From the NCBI GenBank assembly GCA_965206595.1, contig OZ242214.1:6944001-7008000 (forward strand): a stretch of DNA of 64,000 bases, read 5' to 3'. The notes beneath the pieces were generated by a model. That model made no database searches and had not been told where the DNA came from. It saw nothing but the letters and a program-made list of their open reading frames with translations. Source of the stretch: Candidatus Latescibacterota bacterium. Lineage in GTDB: Bacteria; Latescibacterota; UBA2968; UBA8231. This document shows, piece by piece, positions 20,979 through 31,854 of the stretch (the stretch's first letter is position 1; every line of letters starts with the position of its first letter). The position numbers were made by a program, and so were the translations under genes.

Positions 20979-21794
20979 TCACGGGCTCGCATAAACCACC
21001 ACGTTTTCGATGGTCCAGCTGCTTGGGCCCACGCCCGAGATGGTGAGATAGGCGCCGTCCCCGATCGCTTCGGGGCACGAAGAGAAAAACCCGGTGATGT
21101 CGGCAGTATCCCGGACCTCACCGTCGAACGTCCACGACAGCGTATCGCCATCATCCGTCAGGTACAGCCCCAGACGGTGCCCGAAAGGGCTCTCCCTGAT
21201 TTCGACTGGGTCGTAGTGACGGACAGCCAGTCCGAGGCACGGTTCCGAAATGAAAATCCTCTGCCGCAGGTATTCCTTGAACGTCGGCATGCGCAAATCC
21301 CACTGCGGGTATCTGTCGTAATCCCCGGGCACCAGCGAACGCACGAGCCACCACTCCAGCCCCCAGTTGTCGATCATGTCGAAATGAAGCTGGACCCCCC
21401 GGCTCTCCCTGGGCTCACACCCGATCTGCCCGTGCCGGTCGGCAATCGTCAGGGCAAAGCCGGTGATGAAATGGGGAGCCAGCGGCTCGATGCCGTGCAC
21501 GATTCCCGACGCCCGCGCCGCCTCCGGATCGAACTCCGGGGCGCGGCGCTGGGAGAACCCGACCAGGTCGACCTCAAACCCGTTGGCACCCTTGAGACCC
21601 GGATTTAGCTGTTTCTCCCGCGTGCCGATTCCCGCCAGGCCGAAGCCATCGGTTTCGGGCGTCAGCCTGCACTGCCCGTTCCCAGCTTCGGCAGTGCCCT
21701 GCCAGTTTATCCAGCGCTTCGTACCGAGGCCATCGGGTGCACCGCACTGTTTCTGGAAGTCGTCCGAAAACTGCACGACCAGGTCCGAAGCCAT
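20979..21794 (-). CDS. Hypothetical protein (possible beta-sandwich)
   Basis: 271-aa ORF with globular-protein composition and a G-rich RBS; no family recognised. Confidence 0.65.
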   Translation of the reverse strand: MASDLVVQFSDDFQKQCGAPDGLGTKRWINWQGTAEAGNGQCRLTPETDGFGLAGIGTREKQLNPGLKGANGFEVDLVGFSQRRAPEFDPEAARASGIVHGIEPLAPHFITGFALTIADRHGQIGCEPRESRGVQLHFDMIDNWGLEWWLVRSLVPGDYDRYPQWDLRMPTFKEYLRQRIFISEPCLGLAVRHYDPVEIRESPFGHRLGLYLTDDGDTLSWTFDGEVRDTADITGFFSSCPEAIGDGAYLTISGVGPSSWTIENVVVYASP

Positions 21795-21953
21795 GGCCAG
21801 GCCCCCCCTTGTCCGTCCTTTGTGCCGTTGATTACAGCCGATGGATAGGACAAAATAGGTTGCACCTGATACTGCCTGAAAACCGGGCCGTACCCAACGC
21901 GGCTCATGGTTGCCGGTCTGTCGTCAGCGCTTCATACACCGACGGAGGACACC

Positions 21954-22418
21954 ATGCTCAATCTGGTAAACGTGCTCGACCACGTATCGGTTACGGTCAG
22001 AGACATGGACCGCTCTCTGGCCTTCTACCGCGACCTGCTCGGGCTGAAAGAGGTGGAACGTCACTTCCTCGAGGGGGAAGGGATCTCGAAGATGGCCGGC
22101 AAGGACAACGTCGCCATGCAGGTCGTGCGTCTCGTCGCGCCGGAAACGGAAGGGATCGAGATCGACCTCCAGCAGTACGTCGAAGGCGGGGGCAAGGCCG
22201 CGGACGCCGAACTGGGAGACGTCGCCCACTCCCATATCTGTTTCGGCGTGCCCAACCTGGCGGAAGCGTATCGAACCCTGACAGAAAAAGGGGTGGAGTT
22301 CGTCTCCGAACCGGTCAGCTTCGACCTGGAATGGGCGGTCGTACACGTAGTCTTTTTCAAGGATCCCGACGGGTACGTGCTGGAGTTGATGCAGGTGCCC
22401 TTCGAGACCAGAAACTGA
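21954..22418 (+). CDS. VOC/glyoxalase family protein
   Basis: HVSVTVRD, FYRDLLG, HICF, FFKDPDGYVLEL. Confidence 0.9.
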   Translation: MLNLVNVLDHVSVTVRDMDRSLAFYRDLLGLKEVERHFLEGEGISKMAGKDNVAMQVVRLVAPETEGIEIDLQQYVEGGGKAADAELGDVAHSHICFGVPNLAEAYRTLTEKGVEFVSEPVSFDLEWAVVHVVFFKDPDGYVLELMQVPFETRN

Positions 22419-22431
22419 ATCGGAGTGCGCC

Positions 22432-23229
22432 ATGCCGAGTTATGACCTCGATGGACAGGCAGCCATCGTGACCGGCGCGGGGCGCGGAATCGGCCGCGCG
22501 ATCGCCCTGCGGCTGGGGCGCGAAGGCGCTGCCGTAACCGTTGCCGACCTCGACGAATCGAACGCGAGCGAGGTCGCTCGAGAGATCGCGACAGCCGGCA
22601 GCCGCTCCCATGCAGTTGCAGTGGATGTTTCCCGGAAGGACGAGGTCGAGTGCATGGTGCATGCGGCAGTCGAGCGGTTCGGACGGCTCGATATCCTGGT
22701 CAACAACGCCGGCATCGGGTTGGTCGCGACGCTCATGGATACCGATGAAGAAGCCTGGGATGCGCAGATGAACGTGAACGCCAAGGGCGTTCTGCTTTGC
22801 TCGCAGGCGGCCGCGCGCCGGATGATCGCCCAGGGCCACGGCGGCCGCATCGTCAACAACGCCTCGGGTGCCGGCAAAATCGCCCCGGGCAAGGACCTCC
22901 CCCTCGGCGCCTACGCCGCCAGCAAACACGCCGTCGTCGGGATCACCAGGCAGATGGGGCTGGAGCTGTCCGACCACGGGATCCTCGTCAACTGCGTGTG
23001 CGCCGGGATCGTCGACACACCGATGTGGGACCTGATCGACCGCGAAACAGCGAAGCTGCGGGGAGCGCCCGCCGGATCGGTGAAGGAAGCGGCCGTAGCC
23101 GCCATCCCCCTCGGCCGCATCCAGCAGCCGGAAGACGTCGCCAACCTCGTGGCCTTTCTCGCTTCATCGGACGCCGGCTACATGACCGGGCAGGCGTACA
23201 ACGTGTGCGGCGGGATCCTGCCCTGCTGA
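22432..23229 (+). CDS. SDR family oxidoreductase
   Basis: TGAGRGIG, NNAG, YAASK. Confidence 0.93.
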   Translation: MPSYDLDGQAAIVTGAGRGIGRAIALRLGREGAAVTVADLDESNASEVAREIATAGSRSHAVAVDVSRKDEVECMVHAAVERFGRLDILVNNAGIGLVATLMDTDEEAWDAQMNVNAKGVLLCSQAAARRMIAQGHGGRIVNNASGAGKIAPGKDLPLGAYAASKHAVVGITRQMGLELSDHGILVNCVCAGIVDTPMWDLIDRETAKLRGAPAGSVKEAAVAAIPLGRIQQPEDVANLVAFLASSDAGYMTGQAYNVCGGILPC

Positions 23230-23373
23230 TTTGGACGATCCCAAAGGGCGGTTGCAGAAAGACGGCCGAGCGGGGGCGATGCCCCCCGGCTTCCGCTGCT
23301 TTGACGATGCCCGGCCGCCGGAACTTATTGTCGCCTCCCCCACCGCCACCCTCTCCCCGAATCGAGAAGAACC

Positions 23374-24828
23374 TTGAGCGCCAGCCCGCCCAACATCCTG
23401 CTGATCATGTCCGACGAGCACGCCCCGTTCTACAGCTCGACCTACGGACACCCGCTGGTGCGCACCCCGGCGATGGACCGGCTCGCCGCCGAGGGGGTCA
23501 CCTTCGACAACGCCTACTGCAACTCCCCGCTCTGCCTGCCCTCGCGCATGTCGTTCATGACCGGCCGCTTCGTGCACCGGATCGGCGCCTGGGACAACGC
23601 TTCCCCCCTGCCTCCGGAGGAGGTCACCTGGGCCCATCTGCTGCGGGCCGCCGGCTACGACGCGGTGCTGTGCGGCAAGCAGCACTTCTGCGGGCTCGAC
23701 CAACTGCACGGCTTCCGCGCCCAGCTGGCGCGGGACCTGCACGCCGAGGGTTGGACGGTGGACGGCGCCCCGCGCGGGGTGCCCGACTGGTCGCGGGGAA
23801 CGCCGCCGGCAGCCAGGCCCTGGCCCGCCCTCGAGGACGCCGGCCCGGGAAGGACCGAGGAGATCGAGGTCGACGACCTCGTCGAGGAGCGCGCCCTGGA
23901 CTACCTGCGCGACCCGGCCCGCGGCGAACAGCCCTGGATTCTGACCGCCTCCTTCATCGCCCCTCACTTCCCCTTCGTCGTGCCGCAGCGGTTCTGGGAC
24001 ATGTACCCCCTCGACGAAATCGACCTGCCGGTAATTCCGCCGGGCCACCTCGAAAACCAGCACCCGGTGTACCGGCGCTTGCGCAGCCACTTCGGCAGCG
24101 TCGACTTCCCCGAGGAACTGGTGCGCCGGGCACGGGCCGGGTACTACGGACTGGTCAGCTACCTCGACGAGAAGATCGGCAACCTGCTGCAGGCCCTCGA
24201 CGACACCGGGCAGGGCGAGGACACCCTCGTCATCCACCTCAGCGACCACGGCGAGATGAACGGGGAGCACGGCATGTGGCGGAAGTCCAACTTCTACGAG
24301 GCCTCTTCCCGGGTGCCGCTGCAGATCCGCTGGCCCGGGGAGCTTGCTGCCGGCAGGCGCGTGCGCGAAATCGTCTCTCTTGTTGACGTCGCCGCTACCA
24401 TCGCGGACGTCTCCGGGACCGCCGCCGAAGCCGAGCTCGACGGGGACAGCCTGCTGCCGCTGATGAGGGGGGACGGGTCCTGGAAGGACGAGGCCTTCAG
24501 CGAGTACCTCGCCCACGGCGTCGCCGGACCGATGGCGATGCTGCGCCGGGGGCGCTACAAGCTCAACTACAGCCTCGGGGATCCCCCCGAGCTCTACGAC
24601 ATCGAAGCCGACTCCGGCGAGTTCACCGATCTCGCCGGCGACCCCGCCTACGCCGGGGTGGCCGCCGAGCTGCAGGAGGAGCTGCTGTCGCGCTGGGATC
24701 CGGTCGCCCTCGACCGGCAGGTCCGCCGCAGCCAGCGCCGCCGCGGGCTGATAGAGCGGGTCCACAACCCCGACGTCCTCGATGACGTCCAGGAGCTCGG
24801 AAACCAGCGCATAGGGATGCGCCGATAA
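23374..24828 (+). CDS. Formylglycine-dependent sulfatase (choline-sulfatase-like, no signal peptide)
   Basis: PNILLIMSDEH, CLPSR, GKQH, SDHG. Confidence 0.92.
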   Translation: MSASPPNILLIMSDEHAPFYSSTYGHPLVRTPAMDRLAAEGVTFDNAYCNSPLCLPSRMSFMTGRFVHRIGAWDNASPLPPEEVTWAHLLRAAGYDAVLCGKQHFCGLDQLHGFRAQLARDLHAEGWTVDGAPRGVPDWSRGTPPAARPWPALEDAGPGRTEEIEVDDLVEERALDYLRDPARGEQPWILTASFIAPHFPFVVPQRFWDMYPLDEIDLPVIPPGHLENQHPVYRRLRSHFGSVDFPEELVRRARAGYYGLVSYLDEKIGNLLQALDDTGQGEDTLVIHLSDHGEMNGEHGMWRKSNFYEASSRVPLQIRWPGELAAGRRVREIVSLVDVAATIADVSGTAAEAELDGDSLLPLMRGDGSWKDEAFSEYLAHGVAGPMAMLRRGRYKLNYSLGDPPELYDIEADSGEFTDLAGDPAYAGVAAELQEELLSRWDPVALDRQVRRSQRRRGLIERVHNPDVLDDVQELGNQRIGMRR

Positions 24829-24879
24829 GGCCCTCTTGCGGGCTGGAACTGAGCCAACAGGTTGGAGGATTCGTCCTGA

Positions 24880-25647
24880 TATGATCTGTCCCGCGCTCAG
24901 ATCGCTCACCACGGACCCCTCGGGACTGGTCAGGTCTTCCCTGCGGTCGAACGGGGTGACGTACAGCTCGATCGACCAGAAGACGGGCGCTTCCCCGATT
25001 ACCCTGCCGGCGGCCTCCGCGTAGGGGCGCAGGGTCATCCAGGAGGAGACCCCACCCACGTGTCTGGACTTCGGGTCATCCAGGAGAAGTCCGTCAGGGG
25101 TGCGGGAAATGGCATGATATGCCTGCGCATTCCCCCTACTCTCCGCGATTCTATCCCGCCCCATCCATCCTGCAAACCCGGGACCGCCGCTGTGATCTCC
25201 GTCGACTCCAAGGGCAATGCCGTCGTTACCACCTCGCCAACCGGACAGCATTCTGGCTGTGGTAGTGGTAGCAGGCCCCGTGTAGGTAAAGGTATTCCAG
25301 TAACTGTCGTCGGCGGCCACGAAGGCTACGTAGAGGCGAGCCGGCTCATCGTGCCAGGCCAGCCAGATGCGGAAGTCCAGGTCGGCCGGATCATGGATTG
25401 ATTCTTCGACCTCGTCCAGGAAATCCACCGAGGTCAGGGCAGGTTCGCCGATCAGATCGAACCACTCCTCGTACACATAGCCGTCGAGCTGAATCCCGGC
25501 CAGCATCTCGTCGGTCAGCTCGGGGATAGGGAAGACCCGACTGCCGACGTGGGCTTCTGCCCGGGCAGGCAGGCAGGCCCACAGGGCCGACCCGACGAGC
25601 AGGCCGAGGGCCATGCTCCACTGATTCCGGATGCGAAAAAGGGGCAT
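24880..25647 (-). pseudogene. DOMON/CBM9-like secreted paralog A1, 3'-truncated
   Basis: Signal peptide, HVGSRVFPI, DLDFRIWLAWHD, DGDHSGG, IELYVTPFD; homology ends after GQII and the SWGRIK tail is missing. Confidence 0.8.
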
Positions 25648-25762
25648 CTGTCTCCTCCTCTGGTTCGCCCGGCATGGGCTCGGCAGGCTTTCCCCGTTCC
25701 CTGGCGATTTTTCCTGAACGGTGCGGTCGGCCTTCGTTCTCTTCAATTTCGTTCTCTTCAAT

Positions 25763-25829
25763 AAAAAAGGACGAGGGCCCACAAAAAAGGACGAGGGCCC
25801 ACCCCCTGAAGGGGACGGAACCCTCGTCC
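25763..25829 (-). terminator. Intrinsic terminator/attenuator between peptide A and paralog A1 (3' arm duplicated)
   Basis: Minus strand stem GGACGAGGG...CCCTCGTCC followed by T6; 20-bp tandem duplication of the arm and T tract. Confidence 0.7.
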
Positions 25830-25867
25830 GTGAGTGCCTCGTCAGCGGGAAAGCCGCCACAGGATGC

Positions 25868-26119
25868 TCAGTCAGAGCACTCGCATTCCCAAGTCCCTGG
25901 GTCGGTGAGCTTAGCCCGGTACTCGTCGTGCCCAAGACGGGAGCAGTTGTAGGCGCATTTTCCGTCCGCCTCGCTGCTCGTGGAGGCGTACACCGTGTGG
26001 CAGTGGTGCCAACTGGTGCTCGAGTAGGCCTCCACCCACGACACGCCTCCGGTGGTCAGCAGGGCGCCCGCCAGGATGGCGAGGACGGCCTTCATGCTCT
26101 GCTTCAACCGATGTCTCAT
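25868..26119 (-). CDS. Secreted Cys/His-rich defensin-like peptide A
   Basis: GGAGG RBS; signal peptide ending VEA; mature HHC...CAYNCSRLGH...WECECSD; two paralogs in the window. Confidence 0.85.
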   Translation of the reverse strand: MRHRLKQSMKAVLAILAGALLTTGGVSWVEAYSSTSWHHCHTVYASTSSEADGKCAYNCSRLGHDEYRAKLTDPGTWECECSD

Positions 26120-26194
26120 TGCGGCCTCCTTTGTTTTTGGGGTCGCGCCTGTTCGCTACCCCGGTTCACCCAGATACAATGCAATGCAATGCAA

Positions 26195-26243
26195 TGCAAT
26201 AGGCGTGCCGGTACCTGGCCGGGCAATGCAATAGGCGTGCCGG
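26195..26243 (-). promoter_or_regulatory. Tandemly duplicated sigma54 -24/-12 promoter, cassette A
   Basis: Two copies of CCGGCACGCCTATTGCA (GG-N10-GC) at 26195-26211 and 26227-26243. Confidence 0.85.
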
Positions 26244-26380
26244 TACCTGGCCGGCAGCTCCATCGGTGCTTGTCCGTTATGGCGCAACTCATTGTTTTCT
26301 TCTTGTTGGTTATAACACCACATTTTTTATTTTCGGCAAAAACAAGCTCGCCTTTGCCCCCAGCGGCTGCTCGGTTTCGT

Positions 26381-26433
26381 CGTATTTAATACGATTAGGC
26401 CGTATTTGATACAATCCGGTGGTATCTAATACG
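26381..26433. promoter_or_regulatory. Three GTAT-N3-ATAC palindromes at 20-bp spacing (putative enhancer/UAS)
   Basis: CGTATTTAATACG at 26381, CGTATTTGATACA at 26401, GGTATCTAATACG at 26421. Confidence 0.75.
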
Positions 26434-26565
26434 ATTACGATTTCCCTGATGGCCGGCGGCCCGGCGGGAGCGGCTGTTGCTTCTGCTTTCCTTCTTCATT
26501 TGAATTGTACGGTCCTCAGATAGCTACCTGATCACTTTGCTCTCACAAAGAAAACAGATTCGAAG

Positions 26566-29500
26566 ATGAACGATGCACCCGAACCCCTTTCCCCATCCAC
26601 CCGGGTCGAGGGTGGACCGGTGGCTTTCGACCATATCCTCGGGCGCCAGTACACCGTCTTCGACGGGCTGGGCGGGATGCACGTGGAAGACATATACCAG
26701 GACCGCCGGGGGCTCCTGTGGGTGGCCACCGCCGACGGCGGGGTCAGCCGCTTCGACGGGGCCCGGTTCGAGACCTTCGGCCCCTCGAACGGGCTTCCCC
26801 ACCTCAACGCGATGACCATTGCCGAGGACGAGGACGGGCGCCTGCTGTTCGGGACTCTCGGGGGCGGTCTGGCCGCCTTCGACGGGCAGGGGTTTCAGGT
26901 GTACACCACCGCGGACGGACTGCCCTCCAACGACATATTGAGCCTGCACCCCCAGGCGGACGGCTCGGTACAGGTGCTGACCGGGAACGGGATCGCCCGC
27001 TTTGTCGAGGGGCGGTGCCTGGAGTCTGTGACCGACCTTGCTGACCAACCCCTCGGTGCGGTGTACGACATGGCCACCGACGCGGGGGGTACTACCTGGC
27101 TGGCGTCGCGGGAGCGGGGGATCATCGATCTGGAAGGTCAGCCCATGAACGGGCACCTGGGCACCGGGGAAACCGCCATGCAGTGGCCCTGGAAGTTCGC
27201 CCCGGACGCCTCCGGCGGTCTGTGGATCGGCTTCCGCTACGTCGGCAGCGAAGCCGTTATCGGCCGCTACGATCCCGAGCGCCAACAGCTCGACCTGATC
27301 GAGGTGGACCATGAGGTCGAAAGCGGTGAAGTCGTCCAGCACGGCACGCGGCATGTGCGCCAGGACGACAGGGGCTGGCTGTGGATGGCTCGCCGGGGGG
27401 TTCTGGTGTACGACGGGCAGGCCTGGCATCCGTTTTCGGCCCGCTTGCAGGGCACCCATTTCTCGGACACGCGGCTGACCTGCGAGGACCGCGAGGGCAA
27501 CATCTGGATCGGACTGTGGGGCGGGGGGCTGCTCTTCTGCGATCCGGTCAGCGTGCAATTGTACACGGAAGCCGACGGTCTGCCGGACAACGAGGTCCGG
27601 TGCCTGGACGAAGACGGGACGGGGCGGCTGTGGATCGGCACCATGGGGGGTCTGGCCTGCCGGGAAGACGACCGCATCCGTACGGTGGAGACCGGGCATG
27701 TAGTCTCGGCGCTGGAGGCGGACGGGCCGGAGCCGGTCTGGGGTGGCCCCGAGGGCAAGGTATTCAAATGGACGGGAAAGGAATCCCGAGCGATCGAGGT
27801 GGCCGAAACCGGCTCCGGGGAAGAGGTCACGGCCCTGTGCGCGGACGGCCGCGGGCGTGTATGGGCCGGCACCTCCCTGGGGCGCCTTGGGTGGTTGGAA
27901 GCCGACCGGTTCAACCCGTTGGCAGAAGGGCTGCCCCACGAGTGCCGCGCCGTGCTGCCGGCCCGGGACGGCGCCTTCTGGATCGGCACCGGGGGGCCCG
28001 CCCCGGCGCTGTACCGGTACGAGGACGGCCGCTTGCAGCCGCCGGCCATGGCCGGGTTGGAGGCCGTATCTCAAGTGACTGCCCTGTGCGAGCACGAAGA
28101 CAGGCTCTGGGTGGGCACAAACCAACAGCGGCCTGTTCTTCCTTGATTTCACCGCCGGGCAAGTTCGCCGGTTTACCGTGGACCAGGGGGACTTGTCGGT
28201 AAACGGCATTCTCTCCCTGCTGGCCGACCCGGAGCAGGACTGCCTGTGGGTCGGCACGAGCGGGGGGGGGCGTGATGAAGTACGACGGGCATGCTTTCCA
28301 GACCCTTCGCCTGGGGAACGCCAGCCTCGAGAACGTGGTCGAGGACATCCTGCGCGCCAGCGACGGCCGGCTGTGGTTCGGGACGCGGGCGGGGCTCATC
28401 GAGTACCAGGCAAACCGCACCCCTCCGGCCCTGGTGATCCGCGAGGTCGAGGCCGGGCGTCTCATCGAGGCCCCCCGGGCCGTGTCCTTTCCGGCAGGCA
28501 CCCGCGAGCTTCGAATCGACTTTCAAGGCATCAGTTTCCGAACCGGGGCGGATCAGATGCGCTACAGCCACCGGCTCGTGGGTCATGGCCCGGCGGAAGC
28601 CTGGAGCGAATTCACCTCCGCCGATTCGGTCTCGTTCTCCGGTCTGCCGGAAGGCCGGTTCCGCTTCGAGGTGCGCACCCGGGACCGCGACGGCCTGATG
28701 TCGGACGCGGTCAGCCTGGAGGTGCAGGTGGTCGCGGAGGAGGAAAGCGCACCCGTCCAGGCACTGAAGCACATGCCGTGGATCTCGCAGCAGGACATGC
28801 TCAGAAACAGTCCGGCCATGGCCCGGGTCCTGGAGCTGGCCGGACAGGTGGCCGGGACCGATGCGATGGTGCTGATCCTGGGCGAGACCGGGGTGGGCAA
28901 GGGGGTGCTCGCGCAGCACATTCACGCCGTGAGCCGGCGGCGGAAGCGCCCCTTTGTCGAGGTCAATTGCGGGGGCCTGCCCCCCGGGCTGGTGGAAAGC
29001 GAACTGTTCGGCCATGAAAAGGGCGCCTTTACCAACGCGGTAGAACGGAAGACAGGCCGCTTCGAACAGGCGCACGGGGGCACCCTGTTCCTCGATGAAA
29101 TCGGGGACCTGCCTGTGGAGGCCCAAAGGGTTCTGCTCCACGTTCTGGAGGATCGACACCTTTTCCGCGTCGGCGGGGAAACCCCCGTCCCGGTGGATGT
29201 CCGGGTGGTTGCGGCGACCAACCGGGATTTGAAGGAGGCCATGGACCAAGGGTTCCGGAAGGACCTGTTCTACCGCTTGAACGTGTTCCCGATAGAAATT
29301 CCGCCCCTGCGGAACCGCCGCGAGGAAATCCCGTTCCTGGCGGCCTACTTCGCGAACCGGTTTGCCCAGGAGTTAGGGCGTCCTGTTCCGACTCTGGGCT
29401 CGGAGGTGTCGAGGCATTTTCGGGAGAATCCCTGGCCGGGGAACGTGCGCGAGTTGGAGCACGTGATGCAGCGGGCGGTGATCGTGTGCCGGAATCCTGT

Positions 29501-29774
29501 CTTGCAACTCGAGGATGTGCTTTCTGTTCAGGACGGGGCAGGGGATGGACCTGTTTCGTCGCCGGCGTCCGCCCCGCCGGTCGAACAGGGTGGGGGGAGC
29601 GACTCCGACAAGGTCTTCAAAACCGAAAAGCAACAAATCCTGGAAGCCCTGAAGGCAACCGATGGGGTCATTTATGGGCCGAAGGGCGCGGCTGCCTTGT
29701 TGGGCATGAAGGTGGAGCGGTTGCGTTCCCGCATGCGTGTATACAAGCTGGAAAAACCAAAGAAGCGGTCTTGA
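26566..29774 (+). pseudogene. Sigma54-dependent activator with Reg_prop beta-propeller and Y_Y_Y sensor; two +1 frameshifts (~28118 and the G9 tract at 28262-28270)
   Basis: Repeated EDxxGxLWxGT blades; Y_Y_Y domain; GETGVGK, ESELFGHEKGAFTNA, FLDEIG, AATN, WPGNVREL; C-terminal HTH. ORFs 26566, 28178 and 28272 step +1/+1 in frame. Confidence 0.88.
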
Positions 29775-29871
29775 ACGGGGCTCTACCCGACGCGCCCCTC
29801 GGTGTCTCCGGTTTGGCGATTCGCCAGTGTGGCAGCACCATGGCGGATATTTTCCCCCACTTTCCCGGGGA

Positions 29872-30810
29872 TTACCAGTCAGCCAGCCAGCTGCTTAACC
29901 ATCGATTCATTCTATCGAAGAACGGTTCCGGCCTGTTGGAGACGAAGCAGATGCTCTCGCCGTCCGGCGACCAGGCCGGCTCCCGGTCCGTGAACTCCGT
30001 GGTCAACCTCGTCAGGCCGGTTCCGTCAACCGCCATGCGGTAGATATTGTCGTTCCAGTCCCGGTTGGACACGAAGGCGATCTCCCTGCCGTCGCCGGAC
30101 CAGGACGGCTCCCGGTCCTGGCGGGGGTGATTGCTGAGGTTGAACACCTCTCCGCTGACTACCTCAACGAGACAGATCTCGAAATTGCCGAAGCGGTCGC
30201 TCTCGATGGCGATGCGGCCCCCGGGGGACCAGACCGGACGCGCGTCGTGCCCCTCGTGCCGGGTCAGGTTTCTCAGGTTCCGGCCCTCAACATCGACGAG
30301 GTACACTTCGAGATTGCCGTCGCGGAACGTGGTAAAGGCGAAGAACCGTCCGTCGGGCGACCAGGCCGGCTGGATGCCGTTCTCCACGACCCGCCTTAGC
30401 CTTGGCACCGGCTCGCCGCCGGCCAGCTTCATGACGTAAATGTCGTACGACCCCTCGGCTGTTCCGCCGGCGAAGGCGATGGCCGTACCGTCCGGCGACC
30501 AGGAGAGGCCGGCCACGCTGGTTATCGGCGACGGTACCGACACCCTCGTCAGTCTCTCGCCGGCCGCGGAAACCACGTGGAACTCGTTTTTGTTTTCGGC
30601 GTGGGCGACGTACAGGACGCGCCGGCCGTCCGGGGCCCAGCGCGGGCTGGCGGTTCCCCATCCGGTTTTCTCGGCGGATATGCGCTGGACAGAGGATCCG
30701 TCCCGAGACATGCGAAAGACGCTCCCCTCGAAGTCGTGGGCGACGGCGGGGGGCTGCCACAGGAGCGGACAGAGCGAAAGGAAGACGGTCAGCTTGAGCG
30801 GTCCAGGCAT
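29872..30810 (-). CDS. Secreted TolB/PD40 beta-propeller protein
   Basis: Signal peptide ending AVA-H; WSPDG / FVSNR / ESDR repeats; last gene of cassette B. Confidence 0.85.
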   Translation of the reverse strand: MPGPLKLTVFLSLCPLLWQPPAVAHDFEGSVFRMSRDGSSVQRISAEKTGWGTASPRWAPDGRRVLYVAHAENKNEFHVVSAAGERLTRVSVPSPITSVAGLSWSPDGTAIAFAGGTAEGSYDIYVMKLAGGEPVPRLRRVVENGIQPAWSPDGRFFAFTTFRDGNLEVYLVDVEGRNLRNLTRHEGHDARPVWSPGGRIAIESDRFGNFEICLVEVVSGEVFNLSNHPRQDREPSWSGDGREIAFVSNRDWNDNIYRMAVDGTGLTRLTTEFTDREPAWSPDGESICFVSNRPEPFFDRMNRWLSSWLADW

Positions 30811-30844
30811 GTGTTCAGTAGAAGGAGGGCGGGAAAGGGCCAAG

Positions 30845-31854
30845 CTATTCGAACTCCAGGGAGGCCTTGATCCGACCCCAGGAAACCGCATCGACGGCGC
30901 TGCCTTCGATGCGCCCGGCCGGGTCGGAGGACAGCAGCAACCCGTCGACAAGGCCATTCCCGCGAGCGTTCCACAGGTCCACATACGCAGGTTTATCATC
31001 GGGCGGTTGCATTCCTTCGGGTTTCCAAAGCATCCACTCAAATGCATCGTCGTGGTCAGCTACCAAAATCGTAAAGCCGATGATCTGCCCGGCGGCCAGG
31101 TCGCTGACCAGGTGATCCCCGGCGCTGTCCCATCCTCCGCCCCAGCGGTCGAACGGGGTGACGTACAGCTCGATCACGCTGATGACGGGCGCTTCTCCGG
31201 CCACGCTACCGCCTCCTTCCCCGTAGGGAGGCAGGACCGTCCAAGGAAACTCCCCCGTCTGGTGTCTGGTGGCCACGTCATCCAGAATCGGGCCGCCGAC
31301 GGTGCGGGCAACCGCCTCGTACCACTGAGTCTGCCCACGAGCCTGCGGCCAATCCTCCTGTGAGCAACCCTCATTGGTACACCCCGCCCCTCCGCTGTGG
31401 TCTCCGTCGAATCCCATCATGATACTGTCATGATTCATCATATCATACTAGATGATTCAAACCAATCCCCACTGTAATCGTGGGTGTTGTCGTACACGTC
31501 GTCGCTGGCCACGAAAGCGACGTAGAGACGGGCAGGGTCGTCGTGCCAGGCCAGCCAGATGCGGAAGTCCAGGTCGGACGGATCCGGTCCCCGGCCCCAC
31601 TCTTCTTGGAAATCCAGCAGGGTCATGGACGGCTCGCCGACCAACTCCTGCCACTCGTCTATGCGGCCGTCGTCGAGCCGGATCTGTTCCAGCATCTCGT
31701 CGGTAAGCTCGGCAATCGGGTACAGGCGATCGCCGACATGGGCCCCGGCCTGGACAGACAGGCTGGCCGGCATCGCCAGGCAGAGGAGCAGAATCAGGGC
31801 GGGGTGCCCCTGTTGCCAGATCCGGGTGGTACAAGCCTTGTCCATGCGTTTCAC
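30845..31854 (-). pseudogene. DOMON/CBM9-like secreted paralog B1, frameshifted near 31445
   Basis: ORFs 31438-31854 and 30845-31441 together give a full paralog ending SAVDAVSWGRIKASLEFE; about 1 bp lost relative to the 36769 paralog. Confidence 0.85.

Noticed and set aside
23164-25935. 923-aa ORF as a DOMON fusion protein
   Set aside because: A truncated paralog reading through antisense to the sulfatase; the extension is a shadow frame
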